Shown here: positions 45,817 through 53,788 of the stretch, piece after piece | Position numbering within the stretch: position 1 is the stretch's first letter | Layout: each line of letters starts with the position of its first letter | Source: Bryobacterales bacterium | Lineage (GTDB): Bacteria > Acidobacteriota > Terriglobia > Bryobacterales > Bryobacteraceae | DNA length: 57,906 nt | Direction of reading: 5' to 3' | NCBI GenBank assembly: GCA_003167275.1 | Contig: PMTT01000542.1 | Location: forward strand, 1-57,906 | Notes under the pieces: generated by a model | The model's database searches: none | Seen by the model: the letters and a program-made list of their open reading frames with translations, nothing else | Told to the model about the DNA's origin: nothing | Program-made: the position numbers and the translations under genes

Positions 45817-46058
45817 GGAGTCGTGTCCTCGGCTGGGATCGAGCCGAATAGCGATCCGGGGTTGTCTGCGTGCCGTAGGACAGCGCGCACGGCCTCAAGC
45901 GGAAAGAGAACGGCGGGCCGTCTCCTCTCCGAGTCCATCGCCCAGTCGTAGATCTGCCGATCCCAATATGACAACCACTTCTGCGAGTGCGGCACCAGCC
46001 CGCTCGGGTCTGTCAAGGCCGACTCGAGCTTCTTGAGGCGCCGTTGAAGATTCGTCAT
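45813..46058 (-). CDS. small RRLxxLE-motif protein (family member 2)
   Basis: The N-terminus is MTNLQRRLKKLESALTD, with 4-nt overlaps. Confidence 0.6.
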   Translation of the reverse strand: MTNLQRRLKKLESALTDPSGLVPHSQKWLSYWDRQIYDWAMDSERRRPAVLFPLEAVRAVLRHADNPGSLFGSIPAEDTTP

Positions 46059-46405
46059 CCGTTCACCGCGACGCCCCTAACACAGGCGGCCTCCTCAGCC
46101 ATTCCCATGATCGCTTCGCGTCGGGCGGCTTCCAGGGCCTCGGTGTCGCCCCCAAAGGCGATGGGTTCGAGTTCCGCCATCAGACCCGCCAACTCGGCGG
46201 AGCCCAGCTTGTGCAGGAACGAATCTCGCAAGTCGGCCATGATCTGGTCCAGCGTGGGTTCGTCGTCCTGGGCAAAACTGAATCCTCTGCCGGTCAGCCG
46301 AACTGCGCTTTCGTCTAGCGCCCGTTGGAGTTGCTCCAATGGCGGGAGATGGCGCTTTAGCAACTCCGTTCGCTCCAGCTTCCGCACTCGTTCTGCGAGC
46401 CTCAC
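46055..46405 (-). CDS. small RRLxxLE-motif protein (family member 1), GTG start
   Basis: GTG 46405 follows the TGA of the upstream gene by 2 nt (TGAAAGTG), with GGGGAA upstream. It gives (M)RLAERVRKLERTELL. The longer ORF to 46813 overlaps the better-supported 46408-46803 gene out of frame. Confidence 0.55.
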   Translation of the reverse strand: MRLAERVRKLERTELLKRHLPPLEQLQRALDESAVRLTGRGFSFAQDDEPTLDQIMADLRDSFLHKLGSAELAGLMAELEPIAFGGDTEALEAARREAIMGMAEEAACVRGVAVNG

Positions 46406-46407
46406 TT

Positions 46408-46803
46408 TCACTTCCCCGAGGACTTCGACAACTCGGCCGCGGCCTCCAGTTCGGCCACCCGGGTTTCGATGTCCTCCAATTCGATCGCCTTTGCCGAGTG
46501 GTCCAGCACACTGTCCGCGGCACGGACTTTGACGGAGGCGGGCGTAGCCGGATCGACCATGACCTTCAGCAGCGTGGTGACCGCCGCGCTGGTAGCTTGC
46601 TGGAGCCTGGCGATGGATTGGCCGTGGGCGGCGCGCCGCGCTTCCATGTACGCCTTTTTGAACTCCGGCAGCTTCTGCCATCGGAGCAGCGTGGCGACCG
46701 AGATCCCCGCCGCCCGCGCAGCTTCCTCCTGGTTCTTCTGCGTGAGCAGGGCGGCGATGGCCGCCTCCATCTTCCGGTTGAATTTCGCTCCGTGGCCCTT
46801 CAT
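46408..46803 (-). CDS. HTH-containing hypothetical protein (resembles phage small-terminase-like / regulatory HTH proteins)
   Basis: The segment is QEEAARAAGISVATLLRWQKLPEFKKAYMEARR. A coiled-coil tail ends ELEDIETRVAELEAAAE. Confidence 0.55.
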   Translation of the reverse strand: MKGHGAKFNRKMEAAIAALLTQKNQEEAARAAGISVATLLRWQKLPEFKKAYMEARRAAHGQSIARLQQATSAAVTTLLKVMVDPATPASVKVRAADSVLDHSAKAIELEDIETRVAELEAAAELSKSSGK

Positions 46804-46809
46804 CTGCGC

Positions 46810-47055
46810 TCATCTGCGATCATCTGCCCGAGCCGCTATCCGCTTCGTGGCGCGCCGCCGTTCGGGGAGTTCAGTCTGTAGGTACACTTCAGGCTTCTCC
46901 TGGCGGGCGGCTCGACCGGCCTCGTATGCCGCTTCGAGTGCGCGCCGAAGTGTCCAGACCGCCTGTTCGCTGAAGTCGAGCGAATCGCTTTTCCGGGTTT
47001 CGAGCGTCTCCAGGTCGAGGATCTCGCGTGCTATCCGCTCCAGGTCCGCGTTCAT
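46810..47055 (-). CDS. hypothetical protein (DUF6900-like as far as I recall, plasmid/ICE associated)
   Basis: The sequence is MNADLERIAREILDLETLETRKSDSLDFSEQAVWTLRRALEAAYEAG. The family assignment comes from memory of the LETR.SDSLDF pattern. Confidence 0.5.
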   Translation of the reverse strand: MNADLERIAREILDLETLETRKSDSLDFSEQAVWTLRRALEAAYEAGRAARQEKPEVYLQTELPERRRATKRIAARADDRR

Positions 47056-47272
47056 CTTGTCCGTCCGGTTGGCCACCTTGCTACCGCCCTCCAACCTTGC
47101 CCTTGGCGTCGCCGCGACCCAGGATGCGGCGGATGAGGCGGCGGCGGTAGACTTTGCCCCAGCTCTTGCGACCGTGGGCCTTGGCGTTGCGAATGATCAT
47201 CGTCGTTGGCTCCTTCACGCCCACAAGCCCACCGGAATCCGGGTGGGCGCGGGCAGGCACAGCGTAATCGGT

Positions 47273-47545
47273 TTAGTTCCCGGCAGAAGTTTGTGCCAGT
47301 TCCTCCTGCGCCTTTTCCATCAGCTTGCGCGCCGCACGGACGGCGATCTCGGCAGAGGTTTGGGGGTCGGTTCCTCGGGCCTTGATCTTGACGCCAGCGA
47401 CACTGATGACGTACCCCTCGCCGCTCGTCCATACGAAACCGAGCTCAAGCCATCCAGCCACAACCTCGCGGTACGTGTTGTAGTGCTCGCTCCAATCGAC
47501 GCCCGCGATCCGGACGTTCTTAGGACGGTTTGGTGTATATGCCAT
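47273..47545 (-). CDS. hypothetical protein
   Basis: 90-aa ORF with balanced composition. Confidence 0.5.
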   Translation of the reverse strand: MAYTPNRPKNVRIAGVDWSEHYNTYREVVAGWLELGFVWTSGEGYVISVAGVKIKARGTDPQTSAEIAVRAARKLMEKAQEELAQTSAGN

Positions 47546-47703
47546 CGCTTATCTCCTCGGCCACACCAGTAATCGCTCAAGTCCAAGCCACGAATCAAGC
47601 TCTTTCTTTTCTCGCGCAACCTACAGATTCTGCTTGCCTTATGAGCGCCATCCGAGGCATGAATGTGATCGTCGCGGAACACACCGCGCAAGGAGAAACG
47701 GAA

Positions 47704-48528
47704 ATGAAAACCTTCACCATAGACGTAGAAAACAACATCGTATGCCACGAATCCCGCCAGGCGGCTCGCGATTGCGGCGCGGCAGTCTTTTCCACCGAGG
47801 AACAGTTCGCGGATCTGATCGGCCCCGACAATAAGCGCCTCGTGGCGATCCACAACAGCCTGCCCGGCGTCAAACCGGTTGCGAAGTTCGTCAATCGCAA
47901 AACAGCCACCGAGAGGGTTTGGAAGGCTGTCCAGCGTCTGGGCGGGCCTGCTGCCGAGCCTGCCCTGGAGCCCGCGGGTGGCATGATTGAAGCGGTGGCA
48001 GAACCGGCGGTTATTCCGGCGGCGGAGCCCACTGCGGAAGTGACCGCCTCGGTTCCGATTCCCGAGCCGGAAACGCCCTTTGATCTCATCGAAACCAAAC
48101 CGGATCCGGTAGCCAGCGAGCCCCAAGCCTCGATTGAAACCGCAGCCGCTCCGGTCGTGGACCAGCCCGCCCCCACTGCCGCCGAGCCGGCCGAACCCTT
48201 GGCCACCGTTAGCGCACAGGCGCCCGACGTTGCGCCCGAGACGGCCAAGGCGACCAAGAAGGCCACCCGGGCCGCGAAGCCAGCCAAGGCCCAGAAGGAA
48301 GCCAAGCCGGCCAAGGTCGAGGGCGTTCGCGAGGGTAGCAAAACGGCTCAGGTGGTCGCCCTGCTCAAGCGCGAGAACGGCGCCACGCTGGCGGAGATTA
48401 TGGAGAAAATGTCCTGGCAGAAGCACACTGTTCGCGGCTTCATGGCCGGCGCGATGAAGAAGGCCGGATACACCGTCGAGTCTTTCAAGCCCGAGGGTGG
48501 CGAGCGCACGTACCGCATCAACTCGTAG
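47704..48528 (+). CDS. DUF3489-like protein with a long Pro/Ala/Glu-rich linker
   Basis: The C-terminus GSKTAQVVALLKRENGATLAEIMEKMSWQKHTVRGFMAGAMKKAGYTVESFKPEGGERTYRI matches the DUF3489 pattern from memory. A rho-independent terminator follows. Confidence 0.65.
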   Translation: MKTFTIDVENNIVCHESRQAARDCGAAVFSTEEQFADLIGPDNKRLVAIHNSLPGVKPVAKFVNRKTATERVWKAVQRLGGPAAEPALEPAGGMIEAVAEPAVIPAAEPTAEVTASVPIPEPETPFDLIETKPDPVASEPQASIETAAAPVVDQPAPTAAEPAEPLATVSAQAPDVAPETAKATKKATRAAKPAKAQKEAKPAKVEGVREGSKTAQVVALLKRENGATLAEIMEKMSWQKHTVRGFMAGAMKKAGYTVESFKPEGGERTYRINS

Positions 48529-48548
48529 CATCGACTTCTCTTCCCCTG

Positions 48549-48585
48549 GCCCGCCGCGCTCCTGCCCCGCCGGCGGGCTTTTCTT
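48549..48585 (+). terminator. rho-independent terminator
   Basis: The stem gcccgccg pairs with cggcgggc and is followed by ttttctt, 20 nt after the 48528 stop. Confidence 0.7.
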
Positions 48586-48660
48586 CGTTGGTCCCTCAGA
48601 TTCTGCTTGATGTTTTCCGACCACAGAGCGATCAATCGTGTTGCAAGGAGCAGAAACGAG

Positions 48661-48963
48661 ATGGCAACGACCAAGAAACATCCCAAGACCTACAACGGAT
48701 TTGCGATTCCCCTGCAGCCCGACACCGAACTCGGCTTGGCCGTGCTGATCGCCGAGGACGAGGAAGGGCATTACGAACCGGTCGCGGTTGTGGTTTCGAT
48801 CGCGGAAGCAAGGGAGATCGCCGAAAACGACCTCCGCAACCGCATGTGCCGGCTTGAACGCGAAGAGGATCCCGGTCTCTGCCCGTACACCTACAAACTC
48901 TGGGCCCGGGGAGTCGAGGGCAGCTACCTGCTGGCGGCCGACCTCGAAGATATCGTGAAGTAG
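48661..48963 (+). CDS. hypothetical protein
   Basis: RBS AAGGAG lies upstream of ATG 48661. The protein begins MATTKKHPKTYNGFAIPLQPD... and is acidic and balanced. Confidence 0.55.
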   Translation: MATTKKHPKTYNGFAIPLQPDTELGLAVLIAEDEEGHYEPVAVVVSIAEAREIAENDLRNRMCRLEREEDPGLCPYTYKLWARGVEGSYLLAADLEDIVK

Positions 48964-48981
48964 CTCGGCCTCCGCACTTAT

Positions 48982-49018
48982 GCCCGCCCGGCTCCCGCCG
49001 CGGCGGGCGTTCTTGCTT
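48982..49018 (+). terminator. rho-independent terminator
   Basis: The stem gcccgcc pairs with ggcgggc and is followed by gttcttgctt, just after the 48963 stop. Confidence 0.6.
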
Positions 49019-49219
49019 GGGCGCGAAGCCGCGCCAGTGGTTGGCCCATACCCCCAGACGCGCCAGCCCGTGCGAACGTCGGCCAAACGTTGCGCGGCGG
49101 TGGCCAACTCTCGTTGCAGGTCACTGTGCCAGCGATTTCCAGCCATTGCGCTCAAATCTCCACCGCCAGATCCACACCACCATACTGCTTCACTGTCACG
49201 TTCCCCTGACTCGCGGAGA

Positions 49220-49417
49220 TCACAACTCGCCGCCGACCACGGATATCTGGCGGTGTAGGCGATCCTCTTCCTCCCTGGTCAACTCACCGCCCATCCGCAC
49301 GCGACAGCCGATGGCTTCGACCTCTGCCGACGACAGGGGAGGATAGTCGGCCAGCGACACGAAGAGACCCGAGCCCTCCAGCCTCCCGACGCGCCGCCGA
49401 ATTGAAGCTATTGGCAT
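49220..49417 (-). CDS. small RRLxxLE-motif-like protein (outlying family member)
   Basis: The N-terminus is MPIASIRRRVGRLEGSG. Confidence 0.45.
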   Translation of the reverse strand: MPIASIRRRVGRLEGSGLFVSLADYPPLSSAEVEAIGCRVRMGGELTREEEDRLHRQISVVGGEL

Positions 49418-49723
49418 ATCGACCAGGAACTCTCACCGTTACCCTACCTGGAACCGAAGGAGCCGACACCCAACACAAAGGCCCGCGTTGCGCCACGGTT
49501 TGCCCACGCTACGCCGTCGAGGGTCCGGTTGGCCAACGAGGCCACCCACCCATTGGCGCGCCCACGGCGGAACTCAGTCTCGGCTTTTCTTCGCTGGCTC
49601 GCCGAGCAGCAATCTCAACTCGCCCGACCAATCCGCGAGCGCCAGGCACAGGCCCTCGAGGTCCGGATGGCCGGCCCGAATTGCTGACTCGACCTCTGCA
49701 ATCTCCTCGCGGCAACGGGCGAT

Positions 49724-51031
49724 TCATGCGGCCACCTGGCGACGTTCTGCGGCGACCTGGTCGAACGTACGCCCGTCGCCGTCAAGGGTGGCTTGCTTCC
49801 CGCTGAGCGTCTGCCAGCGCTGGATTACGACATCCACGTACTTCGGATCCAATTCGATACCCACGCAGACGCGCTCCGTCAACTCCGCGGCCGCCAGCGT
49901 CGTGCCACTGCCAAGGAAGGGCTCGTAAACCAGTTCGCCTCGCTTCGTGTGGTTCAAGATGGGGCGCCGCATCAGATCGACAGGCTTCTGGGTGGGATGA
50001 TCGAACTTCTCCTCGTCACTGCCGCCCATGATGAACTTTGGCGATGCGGAATCCCAGATGGTCGAGTTCTCCCCAGGCTTCCCGAACCACGGCGCGTTCT
50101 TCTTGCGGACGTACCAGCAGGGTTCGTGTTGATACCAATAATGGGTTCGGGTCAGCACGGTCCGGCCTTTGTTCCAAATAATCTGCTGAGGATACAGAAA
50201 CCCGATCCGAAGAAGCCCGTTCAGGACTTCGCGCGTGAAGATTGAGGCGTGCCACACGTAAGCGATCTGAAGGCTCGGCACCAGTTCGAAGGCCTCCGAC
50301 CAATCGGCGCGCGTGTCGCCGGAGATGGTGGTCTCGGTATGGCCAGCAGTTCGATTCTTCATGTAGCTCGCCTCGGCCGGCCCGCAGCCATTGAGCCCGG
50401 CGCGGTCGCGCCATTCGGAGTCCAACTGGATCCCATAGGGCGGGTCAGTCACCATAAGGGCCGGCGTGCGCTCTCCCAGGAGTTGCGCCACGGCAGCAGC
50501 GCTGGTGGAATCCGCGCAGAGAACCCGATGTGCGCCGCAGAGCCACAGGTCGCCGGCACGGGAGGCCGGGTTCTCGGGCAGCGGCGGAACGGCGTTCGCT
50601 TTCTCGTCGTCCTCGTCGGGGAGCAACAGGTCGTCCAGTTCCTTTGGGTCGAAGCCGGTCAAGCTGAGGTCGAAATCCGCTTCGTTGAGTTCCTGCAGCT
50701 CCAACGCGAGCAACTCTTCATCCCAGTCCGCCCACGTCACGGACCGGTTTACCATCAGGCGAAACGCTTTGACCTGCGCCGACGACCATTCGTCGCAAAG
50801 AATCACCGGTACTTCGGCGATGCGCAGCTTCTTCGCCGCTTTCAGGCGCAGGTGGCCGTCGACCACCTCACCGTCGCTGCGCGCGAGCACCGGGATCTTG
50901 AAGCCGAATTCCCGGATGCTGCTGCACATGCGGTCCACGACAGCGTCGTTCTTCCTGGGGTTGCGGGCGTAGAACACCAAGCGGTCGATCGGCCAGATTT
51001 GGATTTGCGGCGTCGGCGGAGACGTAATCAT
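49724..51031 (-). CDS. ParB-like nuclease domain fused to an N6/N4 DNA methyltransferase
   Basis: The ParB_N-like segment is ARNPRKNDAVVDRMCSSIREFGFKIPVLA..GEVVDGHLRLKAA. The methylase motifs are MVTDPPYG and HPTQKPVDLM...EPFLGSGTT. Confidence 0.85.
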   Translation of the reverse strand: MITSPPTPQIQIWPIDRLVFYARNPRKNDAVVDRMCSSIREFGFKIPVLARSDGEVVDGHLRLKAAKKLRIAEVPVILCDEWSSAQVKAFRLMVNRSVTWADWDEELLALELQELNEADFDLSLTGFDPKELDDLLLPDEDDEKANAVPPLPENPASRAGDLWLCGAHRVLCADSTSAAAVAQLLGERTPALMVTDPPYGIQLDSEWRDRAGLNGCGPAEASYMKNRTAGHTETTISGDTRADWSEAFELVPSLQIAYVWHASIFTREVLNGLLRIGFLYPQQIIWNKGRTVLTRTHYWYQHEPCWYVRKKNAPWFGKPGENSTIWDSASPKFIMGGSDEEKFDHPTQKPVDLMRRPILNHTKRGELVYEPFLGSGTTLAAAELTERVCVGIELDPKYVDVVIQRWQTLSGKQATLDGDGRTFDQVAAERRQVAA

Positions 51032-51144
51032 TCCGTCCCTGAATAGCAGTTCCGGATTTCAGTCGTCAACAGAACAATTCGATCAGCCAGCCACGGGAGT
51101 TCCAGCAGCGCGAGGGTCATGCTGCCAATCCAGCCTGGACGATG

Positions 51145-51642
51145 TCAGAACGGCACGCCAGGCTCACGGTCAAGCTCAAGGGCAAAACTCATTTTGACCC
51201 TAAAGACCTTTTTTGCGCCGCTGTTGATAACGCTGGCTTTCAACGGTTCGCTCGAACCGCATCGAAAAACCCGCGTCTCACAATGGCCGTAATTATCTTC
51301 TTCCGGTGGAAACGAAAGGGGATCGTGCACAGTTCTGACGTCATACACGGTTGGAGTGCCGCCGCCAGTATTCGGGGATGAAATCGTAGGTGGTGGACCG
51401 TCCTGTCGGAACTTGAAAACCGCATACCCTTCGTACTTTGCTCTTGGGAAGAGGACATAAAACGACTCGCTATACTTACTCCGATTGGACGAAAGACCAG
51501 GGCATTGAACGTGGGCTGGATCAACCTTGCCGTCGGGCTGGACCCACCCCGGATTGACGCGGTGGTAGAAAACCTCCCCTGCCTCAAAGGCCGGGTCCGG
51601 TGGCCGCCCGTTTGTCCGCATAGCGGCCGGACGGTCAGGCAC
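51145..51642 (-). CDS. hypothetical protein (third gene of an orphan operon)
   Basis: 165-aa ORF that overlaps the upstream gene by 8 nt. No domain recognised. Confidence 0.5.
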   Translation of the reverse strand: MPDRPAAMRTNGRPPDPAFEAGEVFYHRVNPGWVQPDGKVDPAHVQCPGLSSNRSKYSESFYVLFPRAKYEGYAVFKFRQDGPPPTISSPNTGGGTPTVYDVRTVHDPLSFPPEEDNYGHCETRVFRCGSSEPLKASVINSGAKKVFRVKMSFALELDREPGVPF

Positions 51643-52219
51643 TTGCGCCTACCAGTGAATTGATCTCGCGAAGCGCAGCTTCAACTGAAGCCCGCCCCAA
51701 CTCTACTTGCCACGTCTGCGGATTGCCGTTGCGAGACGAGACTATTGCCCAAATCTCACCGGAGTTGAAACACTCAATATCGGCGTAGACGTCCCCCCTC
51801 TTGAAACAAACAACGATCCCGCTACTTGCGGAAGCCGTTGTATATTCAATGGGCATCGAAACAAAATAGGCCGCATACAGAACCTCCCGCGCGTTCTTAT
51901 ATGAGACACTATTAGGTCGCTCAGCACCCTCCTCCGCCCAGTCGACATCAAGCCCAGTCATAGCATCGAGTTGGCGATCAGCGAACGAATAGGCCGCATC
52001 ATTCACGACCACGCAGTACCCGGATGTCATGGGTGCGGCGAGAAGTTTCTGCCTGCCACAGAGATAAACGATCCATGCTGTCTTCTGGACGTCGTCCTCA
52101 GATGGAGCTTTCAGCCACAGGCGACCAGGCTGGCATTCTTCTTCCCACACGGGCGGTTCTTTGGCACGGCTCTGGCATGTCTGCTCGATTGTGGGGGTTG
52201 GCGGAAGTGGAGTTAACAT
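51635..52219 (-). CDS. hypothetical protein (second gene of an orphan operon)
   Basis: 194-aa ORF. No domain recognised. Confidence 0.5.
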   Translation of the reverse strand: MLTPLPPTPTIEQTCQSRAKEPPVWEEECQPGRLWLKAPSEDDVQKTAWIVYLCGRQKLLAAPMTSGYCVVVNDAAYSFADRQLDAMTGLDVDWAEEGAERPNSVSYKNAREVLYAAYFVSMPIEYTTASASSGIVVCFKRGDVYADIECFNSGEIWAIVSSRNGNPQTWQVELGRASVEAALREINSLVGASA

Positions 52220-52228
52220 TCTGTCTGA

Positions 52229-52915
52229 TTAGGCCGACAAAGGGCGCGTGATAACCGAGAGATCCTTCGATCCGCACAGAGACTTGAGGCTTTGGGCTTT
52301 CTTCTCGGCGCGATCTATGACTTGTTTCAAGGACTCGATATCATTTTCATCGAGCACCATATAGATCTCCCTGTGACGTCGCGATCCGTCGTGAAAGACT
52401 ACCTTTAGGGTGTATTCGACGATCACGTCCCTTGGTGGCTCCTCAGGTGTGCGAAAAACTGGTCTCAGATCTGTGAAGATTCTGGCAGAGTGGAAAAGCT
52501 TCTCGTGATCTCGCTGAAGGGCGTTAGCTTTCGCAAGGAACTCAACGGTGTCGACGCCCAGCAAGATGCGCATCCTATCCACAAATTGGGGTTTTGTGGT
52601 CTCATCCAACTTCAGGCCGGGAACGCCACTCGCCGTTATGGCATCAATCAAAGCATCTATAAAGGCATCAAGCGGTGTTTCAGCTATTGCGCGGGCCTCA
52701 TAAAGCGAGAGAACGGCCCGGATCGCCTCGTCGAGCTTATTGATGCGGACCCCTCCAACTTTCTCGAGAATTAACGATATGACCGCTTTCCGTTCCCTCG
52801 CCGTTTCTGGAATCTGTGCGAGTGCATGAGCGAAAACGGATACGTCCTCCTCGCTCAGTTCGGTAAGTCCGACGAGGCCAGCCGCATATTCCTTCGGGAT
52901 CGTCATAAAGGCCAT
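52229..52915 (-). CDS. hypothetical protein (first gene of an orphan operon)
   Basis: MAFMTIPKEY... with AAGGAGG upstream. It is helix-rich, and the region is visibly AT-richer than its surroundings. Confidence 0.5.
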   Translation of the reverse strand: MAFMTIPKEYAAGLVGLTELSEEDVSVFAHALAQIPETARERKAVISLILEKVGGVRINKLDEAIRAVLSLYEARAIAETPLDAFIDALIDAITASGVPGLKLDETTKPQFVDRMRILLGVDTVEFLAKANALQRDHEKLFHSARIFTDLRPVFRTPEEPPRDVIVEYTLKVVFHDGSRRHREIYMVLDENDIESLKQVIDRAEKKAQSLKSLCGSKDLSVITRPLSA

Positions 52916-53321
52916 CTCGGTTAAGATCCTCCTTACACAATTACGACTGACAAGCACAAGTGTTTAAACCCCACGGACTGCATGGGAATTAATCAGGCTG
53001 TGAACAAGGAGGATCAGCGGATGGAGGGAATTGCAGAGGAACCCAGTATTCGCAGTATAAACCGCGGATCAATCTTGCGCAAGTACATGCAAAGAAAAGT
53101 AGATAAAAAGCTTGACATCGTTTCGTTTTGCACAGCTTTTCAACAGGATTTCGTATTTTGTTCGCTGAAAGTAATACATATCTGGTCACCCTAGATAGGT
53201 AGATCGCGTCATGGTATCAGCAGACAGGTCACCCTAGGTATCAGGTTGGGCGCTGCCATGCCTCGGGGAATTGGGAATCCCTGGCGATTGCATCGGCAGA
53301 GGGAAAGCTGGTGCCCAGATT

Positions 53322-53436
53322 TTGTCGGGTTTTTCTGCGGATTTGTCGGGTTTCTTGTCGGGTTTTTTGGGCTACCTGACAACGACTCTTCCTTTGGACT
53401 TAGTGGCTTAGGGCGATTTGTCGGGTTTGTCGGGTT
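53322..53436. repeat. iteron-like array of TTGTCGGGTT (five copies), inverted relative to the 17491-17610 array
   Basis: Copies start at ~53322, 53343, 53355, 53417 and 53427, inside the island next to the tRNA. One more lies at ~15694 in the homologous flank. Confidence 0.7.
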
Positions 53437-53627
53437 TAATAGGGAGGAGAGAGTCCCGGAGAATTCGAGCACGAAAACAAGCACAAGTTGGGGTGTCGGA
53501 GAAAGCCAGATCAGAACCGCGAGGCCGCCGGGGCGCACGACGGGTCTGGAGGCCCTTTTTGGACTCCATTTGGACTCCAAAGACGAAGCTCCGATGGGGT
53601 GGTTGGCTGTAAGTGTTTGAAAGGTTT

Positions 53628-53703
53628 TGGTGGACCTGGTCGGGTTCGAACCGACGACCTCTTCCATGCCATGGAAGCGCGCTCCCAACTGCGCCACAGG
53701 CCC
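53628..53703 (-). tRNA. tRNA-Ala (anticodon GGC)
   Basis: The 76-nt cloverleaf was folded by hand: GGGCCTG TG GCGC AGTTGGGA GCGC G CTTCC ATGGCAT GGAAG AGGTC GTCGG TTCGAAC CCGAC CAGGTCC A CCA. It has the G3:U70 Ala identity pair and an encoded CCA. Confidence 0.9.
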
Positions 53704-53788
53704 AAACTTCCGTGGACTCTTTATTTATACCACAACTCGGCGCGCAATGAATTGACATGTCGCTTTCGTCGCTGCCTACAATGAAATA

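Larger units (their letters stand above)
15883..53703. mobile_element. ~37.8-kb integrative genomic island at tRNA-Ala(GGC)
   Basis: It is bounded by 51-bp identical direct repeats. It carries an integrase, an excisionase-like HTH, a Toprim/P-loop replication protein and a ParB-methylase. No capsid/tail or T4SS genes were recognised. Confidence 0.75.

Noticed and set aside
46406-46813. N-terminal half of the 252-aa ORF 46055-46813, and the 367-aa plus-strand ORF 46469-47572
   Set aside because: Both overlap the HTH gene 46408-46803 out of frame or antisense, with Gly/Arg/Ala/Ser-rich composition. Only the 46055-46405 part fits the RRLxxLE family.
47320-49155. 611-aa ORF on the minus strand
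   Set aside because: The translation is Arg/Gly/Pro-rich and low-complexity. It lies antisense to several better-supported plus-strand genes (DUF3489-like, 48661-48963) and spans two terminators. This is a typical high-GC antisense artefact.
15883-53703. Prophage interpretation of the island
   Set aside because: I could recognise no capsid, portal, large terminase, tail or lysis genes. The only phage-like hint is a small HTH protein.
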